A stretch of DNA of 64,000 nucleotides from an uncultured Acidobacteriota bacterium. GTDB taxonomy: Bacteria > Acidobacteriota > Terriglobia > Acidiferrales > UBA7541. A program made the translations under genes and the position numbers. The notes beneath the pieces were generated by a model. The model did not search any database. It saw only the letters and a program-made list of their open reading frames with translations, and was not told the DNA's origin. The stretch spans positions 56,615 to 120,614 of the forward strand of contig CAVYFO010000011.1 in the NCBI GenBank assembly GCA_963767755.1, written 5' to 3'. Below, one piece after another: positions 22,454 to 33,430 of the stretch (position 1 is its first letter; each line of letters starts with the position of its first letter).

Positions 22454-23094
22454 ATGCAGCCGTTTACAAAACATACCGGATTGGTGGTGCCGCTGGACCG
22501 CGTGAACGTGGACACCGATCAGATGGTGCCCAAGCAATTTCTGAAGCTGCTGACCGCGAGGGTTTGGGCGCGATTCTTGTTCTACGACTGGCGCTACCTG
22601 CCGGGCGAAAAACCGAATCCCGAATTCGTGCTGAATTTGCCGCGCTACAAGGGCGCGTCCGTGTTGCTGGCGCGCGCGAATTTCGGCTGCGGATCAAGCC
22701 GCGAGCATGCGCCGTGGGGCGTGCTGGACTACGGCTTTCGCGTGGTGATCGCGCCGAGCTATGCCGACATTTTCTACAACAACTGCTTCAAGAACGGCAT
22801 TCTTCCCGCCACACTCCCCGAAGCACAGATCGACGAACTCTTCCGGCGCACGGAAACACAAGAAGGCTACAAGCTGACCGTCGATCTGCCGAACCAAACC
22901 ATCACCGACAAGCACGGCCTGATGTTCCGGTTTGATATCGCGCCCTCGCGCAAAGAAGTTCTGCTAAAGGGTCTGGACGATATCGGCACCACACTGAAGC
23001 ACGAATCCGACATCACCGCATACGAAAAAACCCACACCGCCACCGCCACCATGTTCGAGCCAGTCGACATAAAAATTACGCCAACGGCCAATAA
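22454..23094 (+). CDS. leuD: 3-isopropylmalate dehydratase small subunit (likely stop at 23094 displaced by an indel)
   Basis: [46 protein letters not shown]. Confidence 0.93.
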
Positions 23095-23121
23095 CGATTT
23101 TCATTCGTCGGGCCGCGAACC

Positions 23122-24034
23122 TCACGCTGGCTCGGCCGTAGGCTCGGGCGATTCGGGCGCTGCAGGCGGACCAAGCAGTTCCGCGATCAGGATTCCTGCC
23201 AACACGAACGCCGCGCCAAGCAAGGCACGGTGGCTGAGCCTCTCGTGCAATAAAATGTACGAAGTAACCGAGGCAAACACCGGCTCGAGCGTGAAGAGAA
23301 TCGCCGCGTGGCTCGAACTGGTGAACTGCTGCGCCCACAGCTGAATCGAGAACGCCAGCGCCGTCGCCAGCACGGCGCGAATCGCGATTCCCAGCAGCGA
23401 TTCCCACTGCCAGCCAAAGCGCGCAGGCTCCCAACCTGACGCGGAGGCTGCGCCGGTGGCGAGCCACGCCAAAGCCGCGCAGGCGGCAACCTGGAGCACA
23501 CTGAGAGCCGCAACCGAGTGCCGCCGAGTGTAGCCCAACCAGAATAATGTGCATGGCATAGAGCCCCGCAGCGACAAACGTGAGCAGATCGCCGCGATTG
23601 AGATGCGACACGCCTTCTGCAGGAACGGTGAGGAAATAGAGGCCGAACACAGCGGCCAAGACGCCAGCGTAGACCCAAAGCGTGAGTCGGCGTCCCCAGA
23701 AGAGCCCAAGAAGCAATGGGACCAGGACGACGCTGGAGCCGGTGACGAAGCCGGACTTGGCGGGACTTGTGTATTGCAGGCCGGCGGTCTGAAAAGCGTA
23801 GCCGCCGAACATGAAAAAGCCGAGAGCAGCGCCGGCGAGCAGCTCCCCCTTTTTCAGCGTTCGAAACACATGCGGGCGAAACGCCGCCATGAGGAAAGCT
23901 GCAAGAGTGAAGCGAACGGCGAGAAAAACGAAAACCGAAGAGTAGCCGAGAGAATTTTTGACGACAACAAAGGTCGCGCCCCAGAGCAGGCTGCACAAGG
24001 CAAGCGAAAGATCGGCCTGGAAACGTTTGGTCAT
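23122..24034 (-). CDS. EamA/DMT family transporter (one frameshift near 23540)
   Basis: [24 protein letters not shown], then [19 protein letters not shown] in a second frame. Confidence 0.88.
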
Positions 24035-24312
24035 GCGTTCGAGATACGTTACCAAAATGCGGAACAAATCGCGAAAATTTGCGAATCGATAGAAGAAAAA
24101 TCAGGAATGAGAAAACGAAATCAGAGAACCGAGAAGCATCGGTCTAGGACTGAAGGAACAGCGGGAAGCTCGCGAAAAACCGCGATGGTAATTGCGCGGA
24201 TTGCCAAAGCAGAGAGCCGACGTGGCTTCAACGAGGGCCGACGCGGGATAAACAAGAGCCGACATTCCCGAGTAACAGGGCGAGTGGCGACATGAGCGGA
24301 TAGAGGACGAAA

Positions 24313-26205
24313 ATCGGCATAGGGGGAGTGGTCACCCACTCTCCCCTGCCACACGACCGGACATGCGGGTCCGCATCCGGCGGTTCGGCGGGTCGAACTA
24401 ACCATGAGCCGTGAGCTCGGGAAGCCCGAGCGAGGCGAAGTGAGCGTTGGACAGAGCGATGTTCAGCGCTGGGGTTTTCGCGAGGTGCCACGGTCCATCG
24501 GAACTGCCCGCAGTTTGCGCGGCCTCCTGCGCAGCGATGCCGCGCTTGCGGAGTTCTCGATATCGTGTGGTTCCTCGTTTCCACTGTTGCCAGACCATCG
24601 ACCGGAGTCGACGTCGGAGCCATTGTCCCAGTTCCTCGAGCACGCTCGGGGTTTCGCATCGCCCAAAGTAGCCGATCCATCCGCGGAGATATTCCGCTAA
24701 CTCCTGGACCATCTGGGCGAGACTTATCCCCCGTGTCCGACGCGTAAGTTCCCGAACTCGCCCTTTGAATCGCACCACCGCTTTCGGCGCCAAGCGCCTC
24801 TTCGGTTGCTTATGATTCGTGAAGCTGAATCCAGGAATTTCCGTTCCCATGGTCGTGCCACCGCACTCTTCTCGCTGTTCACCCGCAGCTTGAGCTTCGT
24901 CGTGAGGAGTCGCGTCACGCTGCTCATCACTCGTTCGCCGGCTCGCCGACTGCGGACGTAAATGTTGCAGTCATCCGCATATCTGGTGAACCGATGTCCG
25001 CGTCGCTCCAGCTCCTGATCCAGTTCGTTGAGCACGATGTTCGATAGCACGGGCGAGAGGACCACCTTGCGGTGTTCCTTCCTCAGCCGGACTCACCAGC
25101 CCGTTCTCCATTACTCCGGCTCGCAAGAACGCACGAATTAGTTTCAGCAACCGCTTATCGCTGACCCTTTCGGCTATCTTCGCGAGCGATCGGTCGTGAT
25201 TGACCCGGTCGAAAAATTTCTCGAGATCCAGATCCACCACCCAGCGGTAGCCTTCGGCTTGATATTGCTGTGCCTTCTCCACCGCCTGATGTGCCGATCG
25301 CTTCGGCCGAAACCCATAGCTGTGTACAGAGAACGTTCCATCCCAACTCCTCTGCAGTACCTGCATCACCGCCTGCTGGATGAACCGATCCAGCACTGTC
25401 GGAATGCCTAATTTGCGCACCCCGCCGTCCGGCTTCGGAATTTCTACTCGTCTTACCGGTTGCGGCGTGTAGGTTCCACTGAAAAGTTGTTCACGAATTG
25501 CTGGCCAGTGCTCTTTCAGGTGTCCCGGCAACTGCTCGACGGTCATCCCGTCGATGCCCGGACTCCCCTTGTTGGCTTTCACTCGTCGTAACGCCTGCTT
25601 GCAGTTTTCCCGCTCGCAGACCTCTTCCATCCACTGCTCGCTAGTCGGACTTTCTGCTTTGCGTTCCGCCAACTCCGATTCGGTCCCTCCCGCGAAGGCC
25701 CTCGGGGCTGCACCCCTACTCTCCTCCGGAAAGGCCAGACGGTACTGGCTTTTCTGCCGCTTGTCGGTGGTTGAGTCGCGCCGCGTACTCATCGCTCCCT
25801 TTATCCCCTTGCGGGGTCCGTTCGGGCCTTCGCTGCGTGCGCAGCTACTACGCCCTTTGCTGACTTCTGCCACCGGGTCAGAAACGATCTCTCGCCTCTC
25901 AGTCTCGAATTCGAGACCGGTAACAGATCTCCCGAGGTAAGTTCGACCGCCTTCGACGCGCAACCGCTGGATTTACATTCAGTGCCCTTGATGGATTAGG
26001 GCTTCGCTGCCATTGGCCAGCTCGCCCGAACACTGCCTGCCTCGTATCCAGTTCTTGTTCATCGGCTCGCGTCTTTGCTCCGCGCTTCTTTCAGGCCCCG
26101 CCTCGCGGCGAGTGTTATTTCACCCTTGCGCTTCGCTATCACTTCACGTCCATCACGTTGTGAAGAGGACTTGCACCTCCTAGCTGTCGAACATGCTCGG
26201 CACAC
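24313..26205 (-). mobile_element. Group II intron, class IIC-like
   Basis: 5' end GTGTG at 26205; domain V/VI GAACCGCCGGATGCGGACCCGCATGTCCGGTCGTGTGGCAGGGGAGAGTGGGTGACCACTCCCCCTATGCCGAT ending 24313; inserted just after a terminator. Confidence 0.92.
24398..25792 (-). CDS. ltrA: Group II intron reverse transcriptase/maturase (two frameshifts, no endonuclease domain)
   Basis: GSPGIDG, IPKPDGGVRKLGIPTVLDR, DLEKFFDRVNHD, GTPQGGPLSP, RYADD, RGWIGYF. Confidence 0.93.
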
Positions 26206-26212
26206 CAAAATA

Positions 26213-26247
26213 AAAACGGGGAAGGCCGCGATGGCCTTCCCCGTTTT
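26213..26247 (-). terminator. Rho-independent terminator (potentially bidirectional)
   Basis: AAAACGGGGAAGGCC-gcgat-GGCCTTCCCCGTTTT hairpin with a U-tract downstream of the receptor gene. Confidence 0.85.
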
Positions 26248-26276
26248 GTTGGGGCGAGATTTCTCGCCGGAAGAGG

Positions 26277-29200
26277 TTAGAAGCTGACCCTCAACCCGAA
26301 CTGCAACTGCCGGGGGTCGTTGCCCTGCTGGTTGACCACGCCGAAGTTCGATACGCTGTTCGTGGAAGGATAGAGCTGGGGATTATAGAATACAGGGTGA
26401 TTGAAGACGTTGTGGGCGACGAACTGGAACTCGGTGCTAACCCGCTCCCAGATCTTGATGTTCTTGGTCACCCTCATGTCCATATTCCAGTAACCCAAAC
26501 CGCGGATCACAGACCCGTTGCCGCCAGTTCCCTGGTCCAAGCCCAAGATTGGAGGACCAACGGTGGCGAGAAGGGCTGACGGATTTGAGAAGATGTTATA
26601 CGCGGCAGGGCCCGCATTGGCATGAAGACCCGAGCCATAAGGATGGGCGCCCCTAAAAATGCATTGCTCGTTATCGAAGTAGCTGTTGCCATCGCCAGAG
26701 CCGAAGGACTGGGCATCGGTGGCCGTGTTGCAGTAAACCGGCGAACCGCTGCCAGCGGCGAAGATCGGGGCTAAGGACCAGCCACCCGCGATGCGACCGA
26801 TGAAGCCCTGTTGCGACTTGTAATAGGGGTCGTCAATCAAGGCATATACGTTGTACACGAACTTGCGATCGAAGTTCTGTACACCATACATATTCTGGAG
26901 GTTGAAAGGATCGTTGGCGGTGTACTCGCTGGAGGCTTGAACCACAGCTCCGGTGCCGAGTGCCTTGCTGTAGGTGAAGTTCTGCTGGATGGTGAGGTTG
27001 TGCCAATTCGTCACCTTGAGGGAGACGAAGCCGCCGTTGTAGTTTCCATAGCCGATGCTCATATTGTCGGCTATGCCGGAGGCTGCCTGCCCACCAGAGC
27101 CGAATGCCGACCCCGAGATTGGCGTGTTCATCATGCTGCGGGGGAAGTTGTACCCGCCGTTGTCGAGGTCGCTCCACACGCTCCAAACGCTCTGAGAAAG
27201 CAAGTTCTGGTTGCCGCTTATGCCTTCGTTGTAAACGACTGCAGCGGTGCAACTCGAGAAGCCATTGCAGTAGCCTGTGCCAGCCAGAGCAGTCTCGAAG
27301 AAGGGCTGAGGAGTAAAGGTGTTCGCATACGCGATCTTCTGGGCCGTGGTAACCCCGGTCCCAGAGGGAATCGCAGCACCGCAGGTGCCATAAGTCATGC
27401 AGCCCAGCCCGACTTCAACGTTGGCATAAGCTTTGGCGAATGACTGTCCGCCCAAAGTCATCATGTAAGGAACGGCGTTGAGGTTGATGGGCTGGTATTC
27501 GTGTGTAATTCTGCGGCCAATGTAACCCACTTCGAGAAGCATCTTTGGCGTTAATTGGCGCTGGATCGTCAGGTCGAAGGAATCGACAACGTTTGGCCGG
27601 AAATTCGGATCCAAGGCCTCAGCCGCGCCTGCCGCAACGGCGTTGTAGCCCGGGAAAGTCGGCTGGGGAAGCGTCGGGGCGGCCGCAGGAATCGGAGCGT
27701 TGTTGCCATCCACGCCTACGCGGAATGCGTTGGCAACCGTGGGGTTATTGGGGCCGCAGTAGGGGGCACCGCCCGGAGTCGCAGGCATGAAGTTCTGCGT
27801 GCACTGAACTGCCTGGATAAGGCCATCTCCAAGCAAGGGCACAAGCACCAAGTCCACGCCATTGAGACGTCCGTAGATTCGGCTATATCCACCGCGGACG
27901 ACGCTCTTGCCAGCACCAAAGAGCTTGCCTAGCACACCGTCCGAGTAGTTGGGATTCCAAGCCGCCGCAACGCGAGGGCTGAATGAGCCATAGAAGGGAT
28001 TGTAGGGGTATTTTTGGCCTGAGCCGGTGTTGCCGACGAGGGCAAAGCCGAGCTCAGGGTTATAGACTTGGCCGGCGAGAGCAGCATCCTCGCGCTGCTT
28101 GAGGTACGCGAGGCCATCAATCGTCTGTCCATTCTGACCCACCAACTCAATCTGTCTGCCGTCGGCTTCCGTTGGAGGCATTTCGAGAGTCCAACCAAGC
28201 CCGTAGGTCAACGTAAAGGAGGGCTTCAGATGCCAGGAATCACTCCAATACACGTTGTAATAAGGAATGGTGCTCTGGTCTTGCGCATGGGTCAGCGGAG
28301 GGTTAAGCGCCAGATCGGCACCCTGGCGGGTATAAGCGATTTGCGACTGGGTCACAATGCCGAGGACCACGGAACTGAGGGCCCCCCATTGGTCTGCATT
28401 GACTCCAGACGGTAGCGTGGTGGAGAAGTCCACATTGCCCCCCGAGCCGTTGCCGGAGTTGTGCAGACCGAGCTGGTAGGTCGGCGTGTAATTGATGCCG
28501 CCGCCGTTGTCCGAGCGTTGGTGCCAATCGTAATTGCGCTGATAGGCGCCACCGAAGGTCATGAGGTGATTGCCTTTTAGCATGGTCCAGTCGTCGCGCA
28601 AGAATTTGTCCTGGCCATCCCAGAAGCGGGTGCGGACGTTCTGGGTGTTGACGTTGTAAGGAGCAAGTACCTCAGTGGCACTTTCGCCGAACGGTTCGAG
28701 AGCTCCGCCAAGTCCGCTAATCTGTGGCGGACCACCGGCGGCATTCCAAGCCCAATAGTTGCGGAGGTAGCTGAAGTGAAGGTCGTTCGTGGTATTCGAA
28801 GTGACGTTAATGGTCAAACCTGCCACGTAGTACCAGGGCTGCTGTGGACGATTGGCAACTGAAGCAGGCGTCCCAAGGGTGTCCCCTGGGAAGAAACCTC
28901 CGATATCCACTTGGCTGTTGGTCGTGTTCTCCAGCTTATAGTAGCGATAGCTGCTGTTGAAGTGAAACTTTGAACCAAAATCGTGGTCAATGCGGGCCAC
29001 GAAGAAATTGGAAGTATAGGGCTGCGACATGTTGGCCCTAAATCCCTGCTCGTTTACACCGTCGCACAACGGGCTGCCGGCAAAGCTACCGCAACCGCCG
29101 CCCGCGGTGCCTGTTTCGTTCGGCAGCGGCTCGTATTTATTCCACATCTCGGAGACGTCAGGATTGAGTCCGATGCCGCGAGGATCGCAAGCGGAAGTCC

Positions 29201-30308
29201 CGGCCGGTCCGCAATTCGTTCCCGTTTGCATGTTGTACTGCACGCCGCCGATAGTGATGATGCCCGCACGCAACGTAGCCGTGGGGACGATCGTCTCGTA
29301 GGTAGAGGAGTTCGGCCAACGGAAACCCTCATAGTTGGCAAAGAAATAGGTCTTGCCGCCCAAAATGGTCTTGGGAATGATCGGCCCTCCACCAGCGCCG
29401 CCAAAGCGGTTGTAATGATAAATAGGGTTAGGATTGCCAGCGGCGTTATTGTCCCACGTATTCGCATTAAATCCATTGTCCAAATAGTACTCATAGCCAG
29501 TGCCGTGCCAAGCATTGGTGCCGCGCTTGGTAACGACCTGGACTTCGGCGCCGGAAGAGCTATTGAAGTCAGCGGTCTGGTTGGCTGTATCGACCTTGAA
29601 CTCTTCGACGCTATCGATCGGGGTAGGCATGACTCCGGTGGGCGCACCACCGATGCTGTTCTTGACGATACCGCCAGTCGGGTCATCTGCGAAGGAAGGC
29701 GTGTAGACTTGCATGCTGCCGTCCATGTCATTGGTATTCTGACCACCATCGAGGAGGAAGGTGCTCTGGTCAACAACGGCGCCAGCGACGCTACCATCAG
29801 GAGAGACGCCGGGCTGTAGGGTCATGAAACTTCCCGTATCGCGGCCAATGGCAGGCAAGCTCTGCAGGGTAGCGCCACTCACCGTGTTACCCACCGTAGC
29901 ATTCAGGGTCTGAAGTTCCGCACCCGTGCTAACCGTGACTTCGACGGTCTCGGCAACCGAACCCAACTCCATGGTGATGTTCAGGGTTAGAGTCGAGCCG
30001 ACGGTCACGACTTGACCGGTGAGCTTGGAAACGCGGAAGCCCGTCTTGTTAATAGAGAGGTTGTAGGTACTGGGTACCACGTTCGCGAAGAAGTATCTTC
30101 CGGTATCATTGGTGATTTCCGAGCGCGCAATATTTGTCGAGGTGTCCGTCAACGTGACCGAAGCGCCGACAACGGCGCCGCCGGACGGATCTGTAACCGT
30201 TCCAGCAACCGTGCCCGTGCTCGCAGCTTGACCGAACAGCGAGGACGGAGTCACAGCAAACAAACAGAACAACGCAGCTAGGAGCAGAGCCACTCGCTTA
30301 CTTGACAT
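26277..30308 (-). CDS. Oar-like TonB-dependent receptor
   Basis: Signal peptide, GTVAGTVTDPSGGAV, DSVEEFKV, TKRGTNAWHG, C-terminal PRQLQFGLRVSF; GGAGG RBS. Confidence 0.92.
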   Translation of the reverse strand: MSSKRVALLLAALFCLFAVTPSSLFGQAASTGTVAGTVTDPSGGAVVGASVTLTDTSTNIARSEITNDTGRYFFANVVPSTYNLSINKTGFRVSKLTGQVVTVGSTLTLNITMELGSVAETVEVTVSTGAELQTLNATVGNTVSGATLQSLPAIGRDTGSFMTLQPGVSPDGSVAGAVVDQSTFLLDGGQNTNDMDGSMQVYTPSFADDPTGGIVKNSIGGAPTGVMPTPIDSVEEFKVDTANQTADFNSSSGAEVQVVTKRGTNAWHGTGYEYYLDNGFNANTWDNNAAGNPNPIYHYNRFGGAGGGPIIPKTILGGKTYFFANYEGFRWPNSSTYETIVPTATLRAGIITIGGVQYNMQTGTNCGPAGTSACDPRGIGLNPDVSEMWNKYEPLPNETGTAGGGCGSFAGSPLCDGVNEQGFRANMSQPYTSNFFVARIDHDFGSKFHFNSSYRYYKLENTTNSQVDIGGFFPGDTLGTPASVANRPQQPWYYVAGLTINVTSNTTNDLHFSYLRNYWAWNAAGGPPQISGLGGALEPFGESATEVLAPYNVNTQNVRTRFWDGQDKFLRDDWTMLKGNHLMTFGGAYQRNYDWHQRSDNGGGINYTPTYQLGLHNSGNGSGGNVDFSTTLPSGVNADQWGALSSVVLGIVTQSQIAYTRQGADLALNPPLTHAQDQSTIPYYNVYWSDSWHLKPSFTLTYGLGWTLEMPPTEADGRQIELVGQNGQTIDGLAYLKQREDAALAGQVYNPELGFALVGNTGSGQKYPYNPFYGSFSPRVAAAWNPNYSDGVLGKLFGAGKSVVRGGYSRIYGRLNGVDLVLVPLLGDGLIQAVQCTQNFMPATPGGAPYCGPNNPTVANAFRVGVDGNNAPIPAAAPTLPQPTFPGYNAVAAGAAEALDPNFRPNVVDSFDLTIQRQLTPKMLLEVGYIGRRITHEYQPINLNAVPYMMTLGGQSFAKAYANVEVGLGCMTYGTCGAAIPSGTGVTTAQKIAYANTFTPQPFFETALAGTGYCNGFSSCTAAVVYNEGISGNQNLLSQSVWSVWSDLDNGGYNFPRSMMNTPISGSAFGSGGQAASGIADNMSIGYGNYNGGFVSLKVTNWHNLTIQQNFTYSKALGTGAVVQASSEYTANDPFNLQNMYGVQNFDRKFVYNVYALIDDPYYKSQQGFIGRIAGGWSLAPIFAAGSGSPVYCNTATDAQSFGSGDGNSYFDNEQCIFRGAHPYGSGLHANAGPAAYNIFSNPSALLATVGPPILGLDQGTGGNGSVIRGLGYWNMDMRVTKNIKIWERVSTEFQFVAHNVFNHPVFYNPQLYPSTNSVSNFGVVNQQGNDPRQLQFGLRVSF

Positions 30309-30877
30309 TCAACTACCTCCTGGATGGGCCTTGAGGCCCTAAACATGTCGAACAGGTGAAGCAAATCAAACAAAGGCTATGGCACAAAATTCATCGAAAC
30401 TTAACTTGAATGAGGCAACCACCAGCACAACCGTATGGCAAAGACCATTGCAAGCTAACTTCCAATGCACCAGAAAAAGATAAACCGAGCACATTCTATG
30501 AATTATCTAAAGTTGAGATTACCCGGCCCCGCTTCAATCTACGCCACACCATATTTAGCTACGGGCTTTCATAGGAAAGATGCAACTTCTCCACTGAAAA
30601 ACGGATCGGAAGAAGGCAACACTCCCCAGCCACAACCATAGCGAACGTGGTATCCGCTCGAACGCACTGGGCAAAAACAACCCCGACACTTTGCTATGGG
30701 GCGTTATATATTGCCGCTGAAAGACTTTGTCAACAAGAATCTAGGCAGAGGGGCAGATAAACTTTAGATTCGACTGATGAAAAGAACAGAGGAATGTGTG
30801 GCCGACGGGGATGGTTCTAGTACCTCCACGATTGCTGGCTGAGAATTTTAAGAAACGCGACGTGTGATAGATTCGGA

Positions 30878-33430
30878 TTGAGGGAAGTTTTGAGACGCCT
30901 TTTTCTGCCGGGAAGTCTGGGATTTCTGCTCGTGGTGATTGCCGCATCGCCACTGCGTGGACGACCCCAGCAGGGTTACGTCGGAGCGGACGCCTGCGCA
31001 AAGTGCCACGCGGGAATCCAGCAGGAATGGTTGGGGTCATCCCACGCGCGAATAATGCAGCGAGCGACAAAAGCGAGTGTGAAAGGAGATTTTGCGCAAG
31101 GGAAAATCGATTTGCGAGGAAGGACCTACCTTTTGCAAATCCGAGACAACCAATATTACATCACGGAGCCGGATCTGTCGGGAAAGCCATGGGAGCATAG
31201 AGTGGAGTACACGCTCGGCGAGCGGCGATTTCAGCATTACCTTACAACGCTGGCGGATGGACAGATCCTTGTGCTTCCACCGACGTGGGACATCACGCGA
31301 AAGAAGTGGACGCTTGATCTTGACATCGGGAATCCTGAAGAGGGGTCGGGAGATCCGATCCAGGTCTGGAACAAGAGCTGCTACTCGTGCCATGTGAGCC
31401 AGGGACAGAAGAACTTTGATTTGGAGAAGCTGCGATATCACACGACCTGGCAAGATTTGGGAATCAATTGCGAGAGCTGCCATGGACCGGGAGGAGAACA
31501 CATCGCCAAAGCGACGGACGCAAAGGCGACGGACGCAACCACGCGTACACAGATAAAAGAAGCGATTGTCAATCCGGCTCGACTGGACGCGGCGAGTAGC
31601 ACCGCGATTTGCGCCCAATGCCACTCGCTTCGGGACATTTATGCAGATAACTTCAAAGCGGGCGCAAACTACTACGATTACTTTACTCCGGTGATGGAAT
31701 ACAGGCTGCCGGTGTCACCAGACTCAGCCTACTGGCCTGACGGGCGGCCGCGACAGTTGGCAAATGAAGCGTTTGGATTGTGGCAGAGCCAATGCTTCTC
31801 GAAGGGAGGCGCGAGGTGTGCCACCTGCCATACGCATCCGCACAGCTCCGATGTTGAGCACGACGCGCAGCTGCGACCGGGCAACAATGCACTTTGCGTG
31901 GGCTGCCACACAAACATCGCAGCAAACATTCCCGCGCACACGCATCACGCCGCGAAGAGCACCGGCAGCTCGTGCATCGAATGCCACATGCCGGCCACGG
32001 TCATCAGCCTGAAGACGCGGATGCGGGATCACTCGATGAGCATCCCCGCGCCGGAAAATACTATCCGGCATGACATCCCGAATGCGTGCAACGTTTGCCA
32101 CCGCGACAAGGACGCGGAATGGACATTGCGGGAGATGAACGCATGGTATGGAGAAAAAGCGGGGCAGAAACTCGTTAGCCGTGCGGATGCTTTTGCGCAG
32201 GCGCGGCAGGGCGACGCGGCAGCAGTTCCAGAATTGCTGAAGTTGCTGGCAGATCCGTCGGGCGGGCCACTGATACGGGCTAATGCGGCGGGTTACTTGG
32301 GGAGCTTCTCAAACGATCCTTCGGCATATGACGCGCTGCTTCATGCCTTCACGGACCCCGAACCGCTGGTGCGCGCGACAGCGGCGACGACAATAAGGCC
32401 GAGCGCGGCCCAGCGGGAAGGATTGGCGACGCAACTTGTGACGCTGCTTCAGGACCCGATACGCACAGTGCGGATGAGCGCGGCGATCGCGATGGTGGCG
32501 ATGGGAGTGCGGCCGTTTCCAGGCGAAGACGGGGAAAGGTATGAACAGGCTAAAAAGCTATATCAGGCGCGCGCTGAACTGGACTCCGACGACGCACAAC
32601 AGCAACTGGCGGCGGGGAAATTTTCGTTTTTGTCGGGCGACTTGGCAGGGGCGGTGAACGCTTTCCGAGCGACGCTAAAACTCGATCCCACGATTTCGGC
32701 ACAATACTATCTGGGCCGCTCGCTGGCAGAAGAAGGCGACTTCACGTCCGCGCGGCAGGTCCTGAACTCGATTCCGCGTGATGACAGGCAGTACGGTGCC
32801 GCGCAGCGATTGCTCGCGGAGATCGCAGCGAGAGAGCCGAATCAAGAGCGGACGCAAGCGGAGAGCGCAGGCTCGAACGCCGGCGGGGCCGAGGGCCAGG
32901 CAAAATTTCTGAGCGGGCAGGTCTTGTATCAAAGCGAGGAGTACGGCGCGGCAGTGAAAGATTTAGAAGAGGCGCTGCAACTTGCGCCCCAGGCGGAGTG
33001 GGCGACGAAAGCGGAGATTTATCACGCGATTTGCCTCGAAAAGCTGGGACACACGAGCGAAGCGGAGGCGGCGATGCGAAAGCTCTCCGAGCAGCCGGAG
33101 GGCCGAGCGGACGCGGACTTGCAGGTGGCGTTTGTGGAGTTGCTGTACGAAACGGGGCGCGCGGAAGAGGCGCTTAAGCGAGTGGATGGAGTCATCGCAG
33201 GAAATCCGAAGACTCCGAGGGCTTATTTCTGGCGCGCCAAGGTGCTCCTGCAAATGCATCGTACAGACGAAGCGGCGAGCGCGGCGCAGGAAGCTGTACG
33301 CTTGCTGCCACAATTTCCCGAAGCGCACAATCTTCTATTGCGCATTTACCAGATGCAAGGCCGGAGCCAGGAGGCGGCGGAGCAAGCGGAATGGCTAAAA
33401 ATCTACGAACGACAAAAAGATTTGCACTGA
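30878..33430 (+). CDS. Octaheme cytochrome c with HEAT and TPR repeats
   Basis: Eight CxxCH motifs (CAKCH, CYSCH, CESCH, CAQCH, CATCH, CVGCH, CIECH, CNVCH); DPEPLVRATAA HEAT motif; C-terminal TPR helices. Confidence 0.85.
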   Translation: MREVLRRLFLPGSLGFLLVVIAASPLRGRPQQGYVGADACAKCHAGIQQEWLGSSHARIMQRATKASVKGDFAQGKIDLRGRTYLLQIRDNQYYITEPDLSGKPWEHRVEYTLGERRFQHYLTTLADGQILVLPPTWDITRKKWTLDLDIGNPEEGSGDPIQVWNKSCYSCHVSQGQKNFDLEKLRYHTTWQDLGINCESCHGPGGEHIAKATDAKATDATTRTQIKEAIVNPARLDAASSTAICAQCHSLRDIYADNFKAGANYYDYFTPVMEYRLPVSPDSAYWPDGRPRQLANEAFGLWQSQCFSKGGARCATCHTHPHSSDVEHDAQLRPGNNALCVGCHTNIAANIPAHTHHAAKSTGSSCIECHMPATVISLKTRMRDHSMSIPAPENTIRHDIPNACNVCHRDKDAEWTLREMNAWYGEKAGQKLVSRADAFAQARQGDAAAVPELLKLLADPSGGPLIRANAAGYLGSFSNDPSAYDALLHAFTDPEPLVRATAATTIRPSAAQREGLATQLVTLLQDPIRTVRMSAAIAMVAMGVRPFPGEDGERYEQAKKLYQARAELDSDDAQQQLAAGKFSFLSGDLAGAVNAFRATLKLDPTISAQYYLGRSLAEEGDFTSARQVLNSIPRDDRQYGAAQRLLAEIAAREPNQERTQAESAGSNAGGAEGQAKFLSGQVLYQSEEYGAAVKDLEEALQLAPQAEWATKAEIYHAICLEKLGHTSEAEAAMRKLSEQPEGRADADLQVAFVELLYETGRAEEALKRVDGVIAGNPKTPRAYFWRAKVLLQMHRTDEAASAAQEAVRLLPQFPEAHNLLLRIYQMQGRSQEAAEQAEWLKIYERQKDLH

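Noticed and set aside
22454-23344. LeuD with a long C-terminal extension
   Set aside because: The extension is antisense to the EamA gene and disappears with a one-base correction in an A-run.
24398-25792. Reverse transcriptase as a retron, DGR or defence RT
   Set aside because: It has group II intron 5' and domain V/VI boundaries and a maturase domain; no template/variable repeat pair is visible.
10480-26000. Programmed frameshifting or mass pseudogenisation
   Set aside because: Scattered single-base indels in unrelated genes fit long-read consensus error better.
31508-31540. 15-bp tandem duplication (KATDAKATDAT) in the cytochrome
   Set aside because: In-frame linker slippage with no wider pattern.
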